Positions 12,305-22,691 of a stretch of DNA of 64,000 nt are shown here, one piece after another. The translations under genes and the position numbers were made by a program. The notes under the pieces were generated by a model. It made no database searches. It worked only from the letters and a program-made list of their open reading frames with translations, and had not been told where the DNA came from. The stretch is from the NCBI GenBank assembly GCA_964543765.1, contig CAZIZI010000002.1:78017-142016 (forward strand), read 5' to 3'. The DNA is from an uncultured Thermodesulfobacteriota bacterium. GTDB taxonomy: Bacteria > Desulfobacterota > B13-G15. Positions within the stretch are counted from its first letter, which is position 1; the number at the start of each line of letters is the position of its first letter.

Positions 12305-13741
12305 ATGATCGAATACGAGCCGGTAATAGGATTAGAAGTTCACGTACAGCTTCAGACGCGAAGTAAGATCTTTTGTGGTTGTGCTACTACTTTTGGAGCA
12401 GAGCCCAATACTCAGGCGTGTCCCGTATGTATGGGAATGCCCGGTACTTTGCCCGTGTTAAACAAAAAGGCTGTGGAATATGCCCTTCGATTGGCCCTTG
12501 CTACCAATTGTAAAATAGCTCCCTTAAGCCTTTTTGCCAGGAAAAACTATTTCTATCCGGATCTTCCCAAAGGGTATCAGATTTCGCAATACGAATTGCC
12601 TTTAGCTACTGGCGGATGGATTGAGATTCCCGATGGTGAAGGGGGGATAAAAAAGGTAGGCATAATAAGGATCCATCTCGAAGAGGATGCGGGCAAGTTG
12701 ATCCACGGAGAAGGTGAGCAATTTAGCTATGTGGACTTCAATAGGGCTGGAGTTCCATTAGTGGAAATTGTTACGGCTCCTGATATCAGTTCCCCAAAAG
12801 AAGCGGTGGAATTTTTGAAAATGTTGAGAACCATATTGCGGTATTTAGAGATTTCGGATGGGGATATGGAAAAGGGCAATTTAAGATGTGATGCTAATGT
12901 CTCGGTTAGACTTCGAGGGACAAACCTTTTGGGAACAAGAACCGAAATCAAGAACATGAATTCCTTCCGTCATGTGGAAAGGGCCCTTTCTTATGAGATA
13001 CAGAGGCAAATTACGACCCTTCTAGAAGGGAAGGAGATCATCCAGGAGACGCGATTATGGGATCCTCAGCGGGGAATGACCATACCCATGCGCACTAAGG
13101 AAGAGGCCCATGACTATCGATATTTCCCCGAACCGGATTTGGTTCCACTTGAGATAAAGGAAGAGTGGTTGGAAAGGATAAAAGCAGAATTGCCAGAACT
13201 TCCTCTGGAAAGACGTCAAAGGTTTGTTCAGCAGTATCTTCTCCCCGAGTACGATGCTACGGTCTTAACTTCTTCCAAAGCGTTGGCCGATTTATACGAA
13301 CGTTGCGTAAGCCTTTTTCCCGATCCTAAACAAGTGAGCAACTGGATAACAACGGAACTCTTAAGGCTTTTAAATGAAACCGGAAAAGACCCAGAAGAGT
13401 GCCCAATTGAAGCGGAAGATTTGGTTGAATTGCTCTCTCTCATAAAAGACGGCACTATAAGCGGAAAAATAGGAAAAGAAGTCTTGGAAGAGATGTTCTT
13501 AACTGGTAAAAGCGCAAAACAAATAGTCAGGGAAAAGGGGCTCGAACAAATAACAGATGAAGATTACTTAATGAGCATAATCAAAGAAATACTTCAAGCT
13601 CATCCTAATGAAGTTGAAGAATACCGAAAAGGCAAAGAGAAATTACTAGGATTTTTTGTGGGACAAGTGATGAAAAAAACCCAAGGGAAAGCCAATCCTC
13701 AACTAACAAATAAATTATTGTTAAAGGTTTTAAGGGGGTAA
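12305..13741 (+). CDS. gatB: Asp/Glu-tRNA amidotransferase subunit B
   Basis: [52 protein letters not shown]. Confidence 0.97.
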   Translation: MIEYEPVIGLEVHVQLQTRSKIFCGCATTFGAEPNTQACPVCMGMPGTLPVLNKKAVEYALRLALATNCKIAPLSLFARKNYFYPDLPKGYQISQYELPLATGGWIEIPDGEGGIKKVGIIRIHLEEDAGKLIHGEGEQFSYVDFNRAGVPLVEIVTAPDISSPKEAVEFLKMLRTILRYLEISDGDMEKGNLRCDANVSVRLRGTNLLGTRTEIKNMNSFRHVERALSYEIQRQITTLLEGKEIIQETRLWDPQRGMTIPMRTKEEAHDYRYFPEPDLVPLEIKEEWLERIKAELPELPLERRQRFVQQYLLPEYDATVLTSSKALADLYERCVSLFPDPKQVSNWITTELLRLLNETGKDPEECPIEAEDLVELLSLIKDGTISGKIGKEVLEEMFLTGKSAKQIVREKGLEQITDEDYLMSIIKEILQAHPNEVEEYRKGKEKLLGFFVGQVMKKTQGKANPQLTNKLLLKVLRG

Positions 13742-13743
13742 TT

Positions 13744-14241
13744 ATGGAAATATTATGGGCACCTTGGCGTATGGAATATATATTATCGGATAAGCCTGAA
13801 GGGTGTGTTTTTTGTAAATGTGTTAAAAGTGGTGACCATAAACAAAGTTTTTTGCTTTATTCTTCACAACATTGTTTTGTTGTGTTAAATCGTTTTCCTT
13901 ACAATAATGGGCATTTAATGGTAATCCCTAATAGACATGTCTCAGAGATTGAGGAATTAACGTCAGAAGAGTTGTCGGATTTAATACAAACGATTAAATT
14001 GTGCGTTGTAGTATTAAAAAAAGCGCTTTCCCCACATGGATTTAATGTAGGTGCAAATTTAGGAAAAACAGCTGGAGCGGGGATAGTTGATCATTTGCAC
14101 TTTCATATAGTACCCCGTTGGGAGGGAGATACCAATTATATGCCGGTAATAGGAAATACAAAGGTTATGCCTGAGGTTTTGGAAAAGACTTATGAGAAAC
14201 TTTTGCCCTTTTTTGAGGAAAGGGAGGATAAGTCGTTATGA
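13744..14241 (+). CDS. HIT-family hydrolase (Ap4A phosphorylase-like)
   Basis: LWAPWRMEYI, CVFC, NRFPYNNGHLMV, HLHFHIVPRW. Confidence 0.9.
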   Translation: MEILWAPWRMEYILSDKPEGCVFCKCVKSGDHKQSFLLYSSQHCFVVLNRFPYNNGHLMVIPNRHVSEIEELTSEELSDLIQTIKLCVVVLKKALSPHGFNVGANLGKTAGAGIVDHLHFHIVPRWEGDTNYMPVIGNTKVMPEVLEKTYEKLLPFFEEREDKSL

Positions 14242-14516
14242 CGTTTATTAAGCTTCTTATAGCTGCCTTTTTTTGTTTTTTGGCAATTACGTTTGCCTAT
14301 CAGAACGATTTTAACGTGATAATAAAATATTGGGGCATAACCGAAGGCATAGAAGTTCCCTTTTTTGTTACTATAGTGGTGAGCTTCTTTTCGGGGTTAA
14401 TAATAGGGGGAATAGGCGGGCTTATTAATGACCTTTTGTTAAAAAGGGAGATAGCCAGGTTAAGAAAAGAGATTCAAAGTTCTGAGGGTGAAAAAGGATT
14501 CAATGATATTTTATGA
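14238..14516 (+). CDS. LapA-domain small membrane protein
   Basis: Two hydrophobic segments, FAYQN, C-terminal coiled coil. Confidence 0.6.
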   Translation: MTFIKLLIAAFFCFLAITFAYQNDFNVIIKYWGITEGIEVPFFVTIVVSFFSGLIIGGIGGLINDLLLKREIARLRKEIQSSEGEKGFNDIL

Positions 14517-15267
14517 TCCCGATGCGGAGTCCCTTCTTTTGCCAGAAAAATTGGTGTCTTCTCTAACAGTAGGCGGTTTAAATAGGCATTTACTGAATGT
14601 TAAGGAAAAGGTGCTACTTCTTTTTTTGAAAAGGGATCTCAAAAGGGTTGTGAAATTCGGCGGTGGTAAGGTTCATCTTGCTTGGAAGCCTTATCGGACA
14701 GTTTGTCAATGTGAAGACTTCACTGCTGCCCTTTCTCCTTTTGGGGCCCCCAATGCGGTAGCTTTAGCGGAGGAGCTTTATGCCTTTGGTGGCAGGGTAT
14801 TTTTGGTCTTCGGGTACTGTGGATCTTTAAGCCCAGAGCTTCGAGGAGGTGACCTTTTCTTACCCCATATGGCTATCAGAGAAGAGGGAACCTCTTACCA
14901 TTACCTTCCTCCAGAAGAGATGGCGGAAGGAAGTGAGGAACTTATAGACTTTTTGTACGATTTTTTTCAAAAAAAGGGTTTTTCCGTTAAAAAGGGTGTA
15001 ATCTGGACCACCGATGCTATTTACCGCGAAACCAAAAGAAAAATAGATAAGTACAGCTCCGAAGGATGTATGGCTGTCGATATGGAGACTTCAGCCATGT
15101 TTTGCTGGGGCAAGGCTAAAAACGTAAAGGTTGCTTCCCTTCTCATGGTAAGCGATGGCTTTGTCGATGGGAAATGGCAACCTTTTTTCAAAAACGGTTC
15201 GTTTGTTCTAAAAAGAAAAAAAATATTAAAAGCTCTCACTGAAGCTTACAGTTCGTTAAAAATATAA
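14503..15267 (+). CDS. Nucleoside phosphorylase (PNP/UDP family)
   Basis: GAPNA..EEL, GYCGSL, REEGTSYHY, WTTDAIYRET, VDMETSA. Confidence 0.85.
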   Translation: MIFYDPDAESLLLPEKLVSSLTVGGLNRHLLNVKEKVLLLFLKRDLKRVVKFGGGKVHLAWKPYRTVCQCEDFTAALSPFGAPNAVALAEELYAFGGRVFLVFGYCGSLSPELRGGDLFLPHMAIREEGTSYHYLPPEEMAEGSEELIDFLYDFFQKKGFSVKKGVIWTTDAIYRETKRKIDKYSSEGCMAVDMETSAMFCWGKAKNVKVASLLMVSDGFVDGKWQPFFKNGSFVLKRKKILKALTEAYSSLKI

Positions 15268-15300
15268 GCACAGGAAGGAGTTTTGCTCCTTCCTGTGCTT
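15266..15300. terminator. Bidirectional terminator between convergent genes
   Basis: AAGCACAGGAAGGAG-TTTTG-CTCCTTCCTGTGCTT perfect 15-bp stem. Confidence 0.85.
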
Positions 15301-15322
15301 TAGATTTGTTTTTACAATCGAT

Positions 15323-15760
15323 TTACTTCTCAATTTGAATCTTGATCTCTTTCTCTTTTGCCTTTTCTACTTTGGGCAAAACGATTTTCAATACTCCATC
15401 TTTGTAAGTAGCCTTCACGTTATTTTCATCAAAATCTACTGGTAACCTGATTGATCTCGTAAAAGCTCCATATGAACGTTCAATCAAGTGATACCGTTCG
15501 TCTTTCCTTTCGTGTTTCTTTTCTCCTTTAATGGTAAGCACACCATTAGCTACAGTTACCTCTACATTTGATGGATCAACACCAGGCAATTCAGCAGTTA
15601 CGATTATCTCATCCTTAGTCTCTGCTACATCAAGAGGAGGTATCCACTCAGCTCCTACTTCCTGTATTGGAGATTCTCCAAAGAATTTTTCCCACATACG
15701 ATCCATTTCACGTTTTAAAGTTTCAATTTCAGCCCATGGCCTCCACTTTATTAATGCCAT
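15323..15760 (-). CDS. Hsp20/alpha-crystallin small heat-shock protein
   Basis: PPLDVAET, AELPGV, ERSYGAFTRSIRLP, ATYKDGVLKI. Confidence 0.95.
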   Translation of the reverse strand: MALIKWRPWAEIETLKREMDRMWEKFFGESPIQEVGAEWIPPLDVAETKDEIIVTAELPGVDPSNVEVTVANGVLTIKGEKKHERKDERYHLIERSYGAFTRSIRLPVDFDENNVKATYKDGVLKIVLPKVEKAKEKEIKIQIEK

Positions 15761-15885
15761 TTATATCACCTCCTTTCTTTCAATTTGATTTACTTTCCTA
15801 TGAAAAAGGTAAACATTAGTGATTTTGTTTCAAGTTCAATTGTGCCTTTACTCTTTTTTGTTTTTTGCGTTAAATTGATAAACTG

Positions 15886-16587
15886 ATGATAGGGGTAATA
15901 GGTGGGGCTTCCTTAGTAATAGCAGGGGATTGTGAGGAAGAGCTTTTCTTTCACACTTCCTTTGGTGAACCTTCTTCTTCGATCAAGATCGTTAACTTAA
16001 AAGGGAAGAGGTTTGCCTTTCTTCGGAGACACGGGCCCGAGGGGAAGATACCTCCTCACCGGATAAACCATCGCGCCAATGTGGAGGCCCTTATTTCCTC
16101 AGGCATAAGGAAGATCATTGGGGTCAATTCGGTAGGGAGTTTAAAAAGGGAGATACCCCCTGGCTCCATGGTGGTGCCTCATGATTTTTTGTGTCCTTGG
16201 TCGGTTTTGACCTTTTTTGATGATAGGGCCTTTCACGTTTTGCCCTCGTTGGACGAAGGGTTGAGAAGAGCCTTGATTGAAGCCTGTAAAAGAAACGGCT
16301 TTCCGGTTTTTGAAAAGGGCATTTACGTTCAAACAATCGGTCCGAGGCTTGAGACTAAAGCAGAGGTTTTGTTTTTGAGTAAATTGGGAGGGGATGTGGT
16401 AGGTATGACTATGGCTCATGAGGCCACCTTGTGTTGTGAGAGGGGTATACCCTACGCGAGCCTTTGTACAGTTGATAATTACGCTCATGGGATAGGGGAG
16501 GAGGCTTTGAGTCAGGATAAGATAAAGGAAATGGCTCAAAAGAACGCCGAAAAAGTGACAAAAGTCCTGGAGGAGTTGGAATTATGA
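15886..16587 (+). CDS. MTAP-family purine nucleoside phosphorylase (probably methylthioinosine phosphorylase)
   Basis: RHG...PPHRINHRAN, NSVGSL, GPRLETKAE, VGMT, VDNYAHG; coupled to an MTA/SAH deaminase. Confidence 0.85.
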   Translation: MIGVIGGASLVIAGDCEEELFFHTSFGEPSSSIKIVNLKGKRFAFLRRHGPEGKIPPHRINHRANVEALISSGIRKIIGVNSVGSLKREIPPGSMVVPHDFLCPWSVLTFFDDRAFHVLPSLDEGLRRALIEACKRNGFPVFEKGIYVQTIGPRLETKAEVLFLSKLGGDVVGMTMAHEATLCCERGIPYASLCTVDNYAHGIGEEALSQDKIKEMAQKNAEKVTKVLEELEL

Positions 16588-17840
16588 GCCTTTTGATCAA
16601 AGGGGCGAAGATCTGGGGGAAAGAGGCGGCAGATATTTACATTGAGGGGAATCGCATAAGAAGGATAGCACCTCGTTTAGATCTTCCCTCCGAGCAGGTT
16701 ATAGAAGCAAAAGGTATGTGGGCGTTCCCTCCATTCTTTAACGGGCATACCCATGCCGCTATGGTCCTTTTCAGAGGGTATGCCGATGACATGCCCTTAA
16801 AGGAATGGTTATCCGAGAAAATTTGGCCCCTTGAGGCCAAACTTAGGGAGGAAGACGTTTATTGGGGGACAAAGCTCGCGTGTTTGGAGATGATAAAGTC
16901 AGGCACCCTATTTTTCAACGATATGTATTGGCATTGGAGAGGGGTGGCCGAAGCGGTAAAGGAGATGGGCATAAGGGCCTGTGTGAGTGCGGTATTTATT
17001 GACTTTTTTGATCGCTCCAAATATGAGGAGCAAGTCCGTTTAAACGTAAGACTTATGGAAGAATCCAAAGCTTATCCCTCACGGGTGATCTTCGCCCTTG
17101 GGCCTCATGCCATTTATACTTGTTCAGAGGAAGGGTTAAAATGGTGTAGCGAATTCGCTAAGGAGCACGGTCTTTTAATTCATATCCATTTGAGTGAGAC
17201 CGAAGAAGAAGTAAAGGAATGCTTAAAACTTAAGGGTTTAAGACCTGTTGAGTATTTGGAGAAGATCGGTTTTTTGGGACCTAATGTGATAGCTGCTCAT
17301 TCCGTATGGCTCTCGGAAAAGGAGATGGATCTGTTAGCTCAATACGAAGTTAAAGTCGTCTATAATCCGGTTTCCAACATGAAGCTTTCGGTGAGAGGGG
17401 TTTTCCCTTATGGAGAATTGAGAAAAAGAGGGGTTGAGATATTGCTTGGGACCGATGGATGTGCCTCTAACAACAATTTGGATATGCTACAGAGTGCGAA
17501 AATCGGGTCCCTTCTGCAGAAGCACCACACCGGTGACCCTCAGGCGATGCCTGCAAAAGAGGCTTTGGAGATCATCACCCGAACAGGGGCGAAGGCCTTT
17601 GGGATAAAGGCGGAGCTCGAAGAAGGGGATCTTGCGGATCTTATCCTAATAAACCCTAATGATGAGAGATTGGTCCCTGGCTTTGATCCGGTTTCCGATT
17701 TGATATATTCGGCAACAGGTTCGGTGGTGGATACCGCCATCTGTGACGGGAAGGTTCTCATGAGAGGAAGAAAGGTGGAGGGTGAAGAGGAGCTGATAGA
17801 AGAAGTGAGGAAAAGGGCCTTTGAGCTTTTAAGCCGATGA
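16584..17840 (+). CDS. mtaD: 5-methylthioadenosine/S-adenosylhomocysteine deaminase
   Basis: NGHTHAAM, DMY, PHAIYT, HIHLSET, PVSNMKL, GTDGCASNNNLDM. Confidence 0.85.
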   Translation: MSLLIKGAKIWGKEAADIYIEGNRIRRIAPRLDLPSEQVIEAKGMWAFPPFFNGHTHAAMVLFRGYADDMPLKEWLSEKIWPLEAKLREEDVYWGTKLACLEMIKSGTLFFNDMYWHWRGVAEAVKEMGIRACVSAVFIDFFDRSKYEEQVRLNVRLMEESKAYPSRVIFALGPHAIYTCSEEGLKWCSEFAKEHGLLIHIHLSETEEEVKECLKLKGLRPVEYLEKIGFLGPNVIAAHSVWLSEKEMDLLAQYEVKVVYNPVSNMKLSVRGVFPYGELRKRGVEILLGTDGCASNNNLDMLQSAKIGSLLQKHHTGDPQAMPAKEALEIITRTGAKAFGIKAELEEGDLADLILINPNDERLVPGFDPVSDLIYSATGSVVDTAICDGKVLMRGRKVEGEEELIEEVRKRAFELLSR

Positions 17841-18307
17841 AATTCCTATTGGATCAAGCCTTAGGAGGACTTTGTAAATGGCTTAGAATTTTGGGCTACG
17901 ATGCCATCTTCCTAAGAGGGGACCCCGAGACAATTCTCAAAAAGGCTCAGGAAGAGGGAAGAATTATCGTTACCAGGACAAGAGGGCTTTTTGAAAAGAT
18001 AAAGGGCAAAGGGCAAGTTTATTTCATAAGAGAAAACAAGCCCCTTCTCCAACTAAAAGAACTTCTCGGGAATTTGGACCTTAAGGTAAGGGAAGAGACG
18101 CTTTTTAGCAGGTGTCTTCTATGTAATAAAGAACTAAAGGAAGTATCGCCCGAAGAGGTGAAGGATAGGGTTCCGGATTTCATCTTTAGGACTTACACTC
18201 GTTTTTCGGAATGTCCCAAATGCAATAGGGTCTTTTGGGGAGGGACTCATTACGAGAGGATGATAAAGACCCTTAGGGAGGTTTTCGGTGAGGATAACTG
18301 GGGGTGA
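17837..18307 (+). CDS. Mut7-C RNase domain protein (PIN-like plus Zn ribbon)
   Basis: FLLDQALGGLCKWLRILGYD, RCLLCN, CPKC.RVFWGGTH. Confidence 0.85.
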   Translation: MKFLLDQALGGLCKWLRILGYDAIFLRGDPETILKKAQEEGRIIVTRTRGLFEKIKGKGQVYFIRENKPLLQLKELLGNLDLKVREETLFSRCLLCNKELKEVSPEEVKDRVPDFIFRTYTRFSECPKCNRVFWGGTHYERMIKTLREVFGEDNWG

Positions 18308-18848
18308 ATTGAAGGGCAGAAGGATGAAAGGACCTCACGGAAGGTTTTTAAGGCCTACTTCCGAAAAGGTCAGAAAAGCCATATTCGATTTGCTTGCGCC
18401 TTATGACATTAAGGGGAAGGTCCTGGACCTTTTCGCGGGAAGCGGCGCTTTGGGTTTTGAGGCTTTAAGCCGAGGGGCCGAAGAGGTGGTTTTTGTCGAA
18501 AAGGATAAGGGGGTGGCGGATTTAATAAAAGAAAACCTAAAACTTCTCGGACTCGAAGGTAAAGCCAAAGTTTTAAATATGGAGGCAAAAAAATCGCTTC
18601 GAGTGCTAGCAGAAAAGGGGTTTATCTTCGATTTAATATTAATGGATCCTCCTTATAAAGATTACGCTAAAATCCACCTTATCCTTGAAGATATAAAAGC
18701 CAAAAAACTTCTTTCTTCCCATGGGTTGGTGATCTTTGAGCATTCGTCCCGTGAAACGCCACCTGAAATTTCCGGATGGAAGCTTCTCTCTAACAGACGT
18801 TATGGTGATACTGCAATAAGTATTTTCATTCTCGCGGACGAAGAATGA
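18288..18848 (+). CDS. rsmD: 16S rRNA m2G966 methyltransferase
   Basis: MRITGG..KGR, RPT, LDLFAGSGALGFEALSRGA, DPPY, RRYGDT. Confidence 0.93.
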   Translation: MRITGGELKGRRMKGPHGRFLRPTSEKVRKAIFDLLAPYDIKGKVLDLFAGSGALGFEALSRGAEEVVFVEKDKGVADLIKENLKLLGLEGKAKVLNMEAKKSLRVLAEKGFIFDLILMDPPYKDYAKIHLILEDIKAKKLLSSHGLVIFEHSSRETPPEISGWKLLSNRRYGDTAISIFILADEE

Positions 18849-19017
18849 GTTTATGTTCTAGCAAGTTTATCTCCACTATCTCCGCATCTACGGTCTTTTC
18901 TTCCCCAAAAAGGTTAATTAAGCGCAATTTCTCACCTTCTGGTATTATAGTTGCAATCTCACTTAATAACTCCTCAAGTTTCCCATCTTTCAGCAAATAA
19001 GCGGTTGACTGACACAT
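18826..19017 (-). CDS. cooT: CooT-family nickel-binding protein
   Basis: 63 aa; MCQSTAY (Cys2), LFGE, NLLEHKL. Confidence 0.8.
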   Translation of the reverse strand: MCQSTAYLLKDGKLEELLSEIATIIPEGEKLRLINLFGEEKTVDAEIVEINLLEHKLILRPRE

Positions 19018-19775
19018 GGTTCCCCTCCTTTTGAAAAGTAATTGATAATGGACAAAGCTAAAGCTTCAAGCGTGTATTCATTAGGCAAAATTTTTGGTTC
19101 GATTCCGTATTTTTTAAGAGCTTCTGCGGTTACAGGGCCAATTACCGCTGCTTGGAGATGGGATGGCCAATTTCCGGATAGGGCTTTAAAGAAATTGTGA
19201 ACCGCTTGAGCGCTGGTAAAAACTACAAGGTCTATTTCATCCAATTCCTTAAGTAAAAAGGGCAGATTATCAGGCATTTCTACCTTATAAAGGTAAACCT
19301 CCATTACTTCAGCACCTTCTTTAAGGAGTTTTTCCTTAAGAAGAGGGCTTGCTTCTTTAGCCCTCAGGAGTAATACCTTTTTTCCTTTAATGCCTTTTTT
19401 TATCATTTCACACGCCAAGGTTTTCGAATCGTATTCCGAAGGCATTAAATCGATCTTTTGGCCGTATTCCGCTAAAGCTTTAGCAGTACCAGGACCTATG
19501 GCCGCGATTTTTGTGGGAAAAGGATCGCGTTTTTCTTTTGGGAGAAATCGTTCAAAGAATATCTTTACCCCATTTTTGCTGGTAAAAACAACCCATTCAA
19601 ATGCCGATAAGTTCTCGATGAGTTCCTCAAAAAAAGGCGGTTTTTCCAATGGGGTTATCTTTAAGGTTGGGATCCATAGAACATGGATCCCCGCTTCCTC
19701 CAAGATCCTTTTTAGAGGGCTTTCCTCTTCCTTAGGTCTTGTTATCAAAACCTTAGGCCGGCTTGAATTGGGCAT
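18990..19775 (-). CDS. hemD: Uroporphyrinogen-III synthase
   Basis: VLITRP, VFTSKNGV, AIGPGTA, FTSAQAV, IGPVTA; start inferred at ATG 19775 overlapping the prfB end. Confidence 0.85.
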   Translation of the reverse strand: MPNSSRPKVLITRPKEEESPLKRILEEAGIHVLWIPTLKITPLEKPPFFEELIENLSAFEWVVFTSKNGVKIFFERFLPKEKRDPFPTKIAAIGPGTAKALAEYGQKIDLMPSEYDSKTLACEMIKKGIKGKKVLLLRAKEASPLLKEKLLKEGAEVMEVYLYKVEMPDNLPFLLKELDEIDLVVFTSAQAVHNFFKALSGNWPSHLQAAVIGPVTAEALKKYGIEPKILPNEYTLEALALSIINYFSKGGEPCVSQPLIC

Positions 19776-20851
19776 AGAGATATGCCTCGATGAAGTCGTC
19801 CAAATCTCCGTCCAATACCCTTTCGGCATCGCTTCTTTCCACATTGGTACGGTGATCTTTTACAAGTTTATATGGTTGAAGGATATAAGACCTAATCTGA
19901 TTTCCCCAGGCGATCTCCTTTTGATTTTTGTGAATTTCCTTCCATTTTTCCAGCTTTTTTTGCCTTTCCAGTTCGTAAAGTTTGGCTTTGAGAAGTTTTA
20001 AAGCCATTGCCTTATTTTGGTGTTGAGACCTTTCATTTTGACACTGGACCACGATGCCAGTTGGCAAGTGAGTTATTCGAACTGCGGTCTCGGTTTTATT
20101 AACATGCTGCCCTCCAGGACCGCTTGAACGGAAAGTCTCTATTTTGAGATCCGATTCCTTGATCTCGATCTTTATGTCATCGGGAGTCTCCGGGAATACG
20201 GAGACCGAAGCGAAGGAAGTGTGTCGGCGTCTACTTGCGTCAAAAGGCGAGATCCTGACTAACCGGTGGACTCCAGTTTCTCCCTTTAAATAACCATATG
20301 CGTACTCTCCTCGGATGAGTAAAGTGGCACTTTTAATCCCCGCCTCTTCGCCCGGGCTTAAGTCGACCACTTCGCTTTTCCACCCTTTCTCTTCGGCATA
20401 TCTCACGTACATCCTCAGTAACATTTCTGCCCAGTCCTGGGCTTCCGTACCTCCTGCCCCCGCATTTATGTTCAAAAAGGCGTTGGCTTTATCATCTTCC
20501 TCGGTAAAAAGCCTTTCGATCTCCCAACGTTTTACTTCTGAATATAGTCTTTTGAGTCTCTCCTCGGCTTCTTGCAGAAATTCCTTGTCTTCCAGAGACA
20601 ATTCGAGCAACGTTTGTATCTCTATTTCTTCCTTTTTTATTTGCTCCCAACGGTGGATCTCCCTTTCAAGATACGCCTTTTCTTGGAGTAACCTTTTTGC
20701 CTTCTGTTGATCGTTCCAAAAATCGGGCTTGGTCTCTTCCGATAGAATTTGATTTAACCTTTCTAATTTCTTAGAAAGGTCAAAGATATCCTCCCAGCAG
20801 GGCTATCCGGCCCTTTAAGTCCTCAAAATTTTGAAACAATTCCTCGTGCAT
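19753..20851 (-). CDS. prfB: Peptide chain release factor 2, translated through a programmed +1 frameshift
   Basis: 23-codon first frame from ATG 20851 ends GGA GGA TAT CTT TGA C; +1 frame continues DLSKKL..PDFWND into the ORF carrying SPF and GGQ. Confidence 0.95.
20779..20794 (-). promoter_or_regulatory. prfB frameshift signal (internal SD plus CTT TGA C)
   Basis: GGGAGGATATCTTTGAC on the minus strand. Confidence 0.93.
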
Positions 20852-21633
20852 CCTCTTACACCTCCCTCTTTTGGGAATCGGTCCATAAAATGATAATCAC
20901 AATATTTCACTTCTACAAGAAACAGTCCTTGAGGAGGGGCGGTAAAAGAGGCCTTTTTTCGGTCGCGCGCTTCTAAGATTTGTCGGAAGTCCTCAGGCTT
21001 AATTTTGCCACGGCCCACATCTATTAAGGTTCCCACAATACTTCTGGCCATTCCTCTTAAAAAACCGCTTGCCTCAAATAGAAAAAAAAGAAAAGGTGGA
21101 TCAAGCGTGATCTCCGCCCTTAACATTTCTCTAACGGGGTTTTTTACGCTTGATCCGCTCAGTTTAAAGCTGGAGAAATCGTGGCCACCTTTGAGCATTT
21201 CACAACATTCCTTCATGGCTTCAAGGTCCAGAACGTGAGGGATATGCCAGCTAAAGCGCCTAATGAGGGGGGAGCGAATCGGCTTTAATAGGATCACGTA
21301 TTCATAGGTTTTACTTTTTGCCCAATATCTCGGATGGAACTCCAAGGGTACTTCCTCTATTTGATGAATTACAATATCCTCCGGCAAAAGCGCGTTAAAG
21401 GCTTTAAACATGGCCTCAAGATGAAGGCCTGAATTCGTTTTAAAACAGGCCACTTGCCCAAGTGCGTGTACTCCCCTATCGGTGCGGCTTGCCCCAAGAA
21501 GATGGACCTCCTCTCCAAGGACTTTTTTGATAACGTTTTCCATTACTTCCTGTACAGTCCGACAATTGGGCTGTTTCTGCCAGCCGAAAAAATCTGTTCC
21601 ATCATATTCGATTGTCAATTTTATGTTCCTCAC
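20815..21633 (-). CDS. truA: tRNA pseudouridine(38-40) synthase
   Basis: YDGTDFFGWQKQ, ASRTDRGVHA, FLRGMAR, APPQGLFL. Confidence 0.95.
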   Translation of the reverse strand: MRNIKLTIEYDGTDFFGWQKQPNCRTVQEVMENVIKKVLGEEVHLLGASRTDRGVHALGQVACFKTNSGLHLEAMFKAFNALLPEDIVIHQIEEVPLEFHPRYWAKSKTYEYVILLKPIRSPLIRRFSWHIPHVLDLEAMKECCEMLKGGHDFSSFKLSGSSVKNPVREMLRAEITLDPPFLFFLFEASGFLRGMARSIVGTLIDVGRGKIKPEDFRQILEARDRKKASFTAPPQGLFLVEVKYCDYHFMDRFPKEGGVRGCTRNCFKILRT

Positions 21634-22691
21634 AGCTTAATAGCGCCGCGGATACAGATCTCTTGGCAACAATAACAACAAATGCATTTTTCTAAGTCAA
21701 AAATCGGGCGTTTATCCTTTAACTTAATGGCCCCCGGGGGACATACTTGAGCACATTCCCCGCATCCTTCGCATTTTTGAGGATCCAATTTAGGTTTCGG
21801 TATAAAAAACCTCCGTAAAAACTTAAACGGAGAGGGTAGGGGGATTGCCCCTTTGGGTAACTTGAAGCCCTTCAAATTCAAAGAATCCCCTAAGAGCTTT
21901 ATCTCCGGAAGGATACCGCGCTGTTGGGCCACCTTTAAAGTTAAAAGGTCCTCAGGGGAAAGGCCTAAACCTTCCACAACGGCTCGGTCAAGGGCCAAAG
22001 GATCTTTTGAGGCGATTAATTTTCCGATGAACCTCAGATTCCCCGCTGAAGGACCGTTTCCCTCCATACCCCAAACGGCATCCAAAATGGTCAAAGAGGA
22101 TTTAACCGTAAGCGCGATCTCCAAAAGAAGAGCGGAAAAGGCCTTTCTGTCAATGCCGGCTTTAAGGTGCCAGGAAGTTTTTTTCATGCCAGGTACACAT
22201 CCGAAGAGGTTTTTAACCCCCAGGGTCAAAAGGGTCATCGAATGGGTTTTTAACTTAGGCAGATTGATAACGTGATCCACTTCAAGTACCCGAGGGTCCA
22301 GTTCGATTTTTTTGAAGGAGAACCCAGAAGGTGTATTTACAGTAAGGCTTTGATCCAAGTTGATGATTTCAACTCCGTTACTTTTTGCCACTTCTAACAT
22401 ACCTGTTCTTTTTGCAACCAATGGAAAAGGTCCTAAAGAGGGGCTGTCACCTATTATCACCTGGGCTCCTATGTCCTTTAGTATCTCCGTCAGGGCCTTC
22501 ACTAAAAGCGGATGAGTCGTTACGCCTTTTTCAGGGGGAGAGGCTCTTAAGAGGTTCGGTTTAATTAAGACTTTCTCGGTCGGTTTAATAAGGTTTTCTA
22601 TTCCTCCTAAAGCGGAAAGAAGTTCTTCAAGGGTTCTTTTTAAGACTTTTTCGTCATAGGAAGGGCAATCAAGAGAGATTACAGGGATCAT
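21630..22691 (-). CDS. DUF362 protein with C-terminal 2x[4Fe-4S] ferredoxin domain
   Basis: VLIKPNLL, TTHP, NLPKLKTH, GVKNLFG, EGNGP; CEGCGECAQVCP and CICCYCCQEIC. Confidence 0.85.
   Translation of the reverse strand: MIPVISLDCPSYDEKVLKRTLEELLSALGGIENLIKPTEKVLIKPNLLRASPPEKGVTTHPLLVKALTEILKDIGAQVIIGDSPSLGPFPLVAKRTGMLEVAKSNGVEIINLDQSLTVNTPSGFSFKKIELDPRVLEVDHVINLPKLKTHSMTLLTLGVKNLFGCVPGMKKTSWHLKAGIDRKAFSALLLEIALTVKSSLTILDAVWGMEGNGPSAGNLRFIGKLIASKDPLALDRAVVEGLGLSPEDLLTLKVAQQRGILPEIKLLGDSLNLKGFKLPKGAIPLPSPFKFLRRFFIPKPKLDPQKCEGCGECAQVCPPGAIKLKDKRPIFDLEKCICCYCCQEICIRGAIKL

Noticed and set aside
15761-15885. CIRCE or sigma32 element upstream of hsp20
   Set aside because: No TTAGCACTC-N9-GAGTGCTAA and no CCCCAT -10 box found.
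19390-20001. 203-aa plus-strand ORF, and the other short antisense or overlapping ORFs in the track
   Set aside because: They are shadows of well-supported genes on the opposite strand or frame and show no recognisable motifs.
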